DNA of 64,000 nucleotides from Alphaproteobacteria bacterium (GTDB lineage Bacteria; Pseudomonadota; Alphaproteobacteria; CALKHQ01): NCBI GenBank assembly GCA_965227515.1, contig CBDDFZ010000002.1, positions 736,001 to 800,000 of the forward strand, read 5' to 3'. Shown piece by piece: positions 61,285 to 64,000 of this stretch (position 1 is its first letter; each line of letters starts with the position of its first letter). The notes under the pieces were generated by a model. It saw only the letters and a program-made list of their open reading frames with translations, ran no database searches and was not told where the DNA came from. The position numbers and the translations under genes were made by a program.

Positions 61285-61488
61285 GCCAAATGGCCCTGTC
61301 TTCACACAATTGAAGATCGTAACCGCCGGCAAGTGCACCGGCGACGCACGATCCGCTCGTTCCCTATGGGCAAGAGAGGCAGCCCAGACAACATGCCGGC
61401 GCCGTCCACATCCCAGCGGCGTCGTTGAAAACAACTCGGTCTCAGTGGGTGCGATCCGGCGTGCCGGCCGACGAAAAAGCGATCATGC

Positions 61489-64000
<2,512 letters not shown>

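Overview
High-GC window from a motile alphaproteobacterium, probably Rhodospirillales-like (inferred from ctrA/sciP/flbD/flbT/flaF plus flhF-flhG). From left to right it holds: (1) housekeeping and orphan genes (glycosyltransferase 3' end, DHDPS-family lyase, EamA transporter, Rap1a-like protein, M48 protease, lipoprotein); (2) ctrA and a large flagellar cluster (fliI-fliJ; fliF-G-H-N-flbD-flhA-flhF-flhG plus a FliK-like ORF; sciP; fliK-flgD-flgE; two short flagellins with flbT-flaF), whose CtrA boxes, sigma54 promoters and FlbD-type ftr enhancers can be read from the DNA; (3) a nonulosonic-acid modification operon (short NeuB, SpsF-PseG fusion, two methyltransferases, a sulfotransferase) that runs into glnS; (4) an orphan Fe3+-binding protein with a Fur-type box; (5) a methylamine (GMA/N-methylglutamate) cluster with a FadR regulator, a lone FAD oxidoreductase, gmaS, mgsABC, an Amt and several unknown genes; (6) an ALDH/Fe-ADH pair, a sugar-acid ABC/enolase operon, greA and the 3' part of carB. 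Ten REPIN-like paired-hairpin elements of three families lie between genes. The most notable candidate is a stand-alone 207-aa protein with CNF1/BLF1-type glutamine-deamidase motifs (YLPW, LTGC, HT) directly upstream of gmaS. All calls come from motif recognition by eye; no database searches were run.
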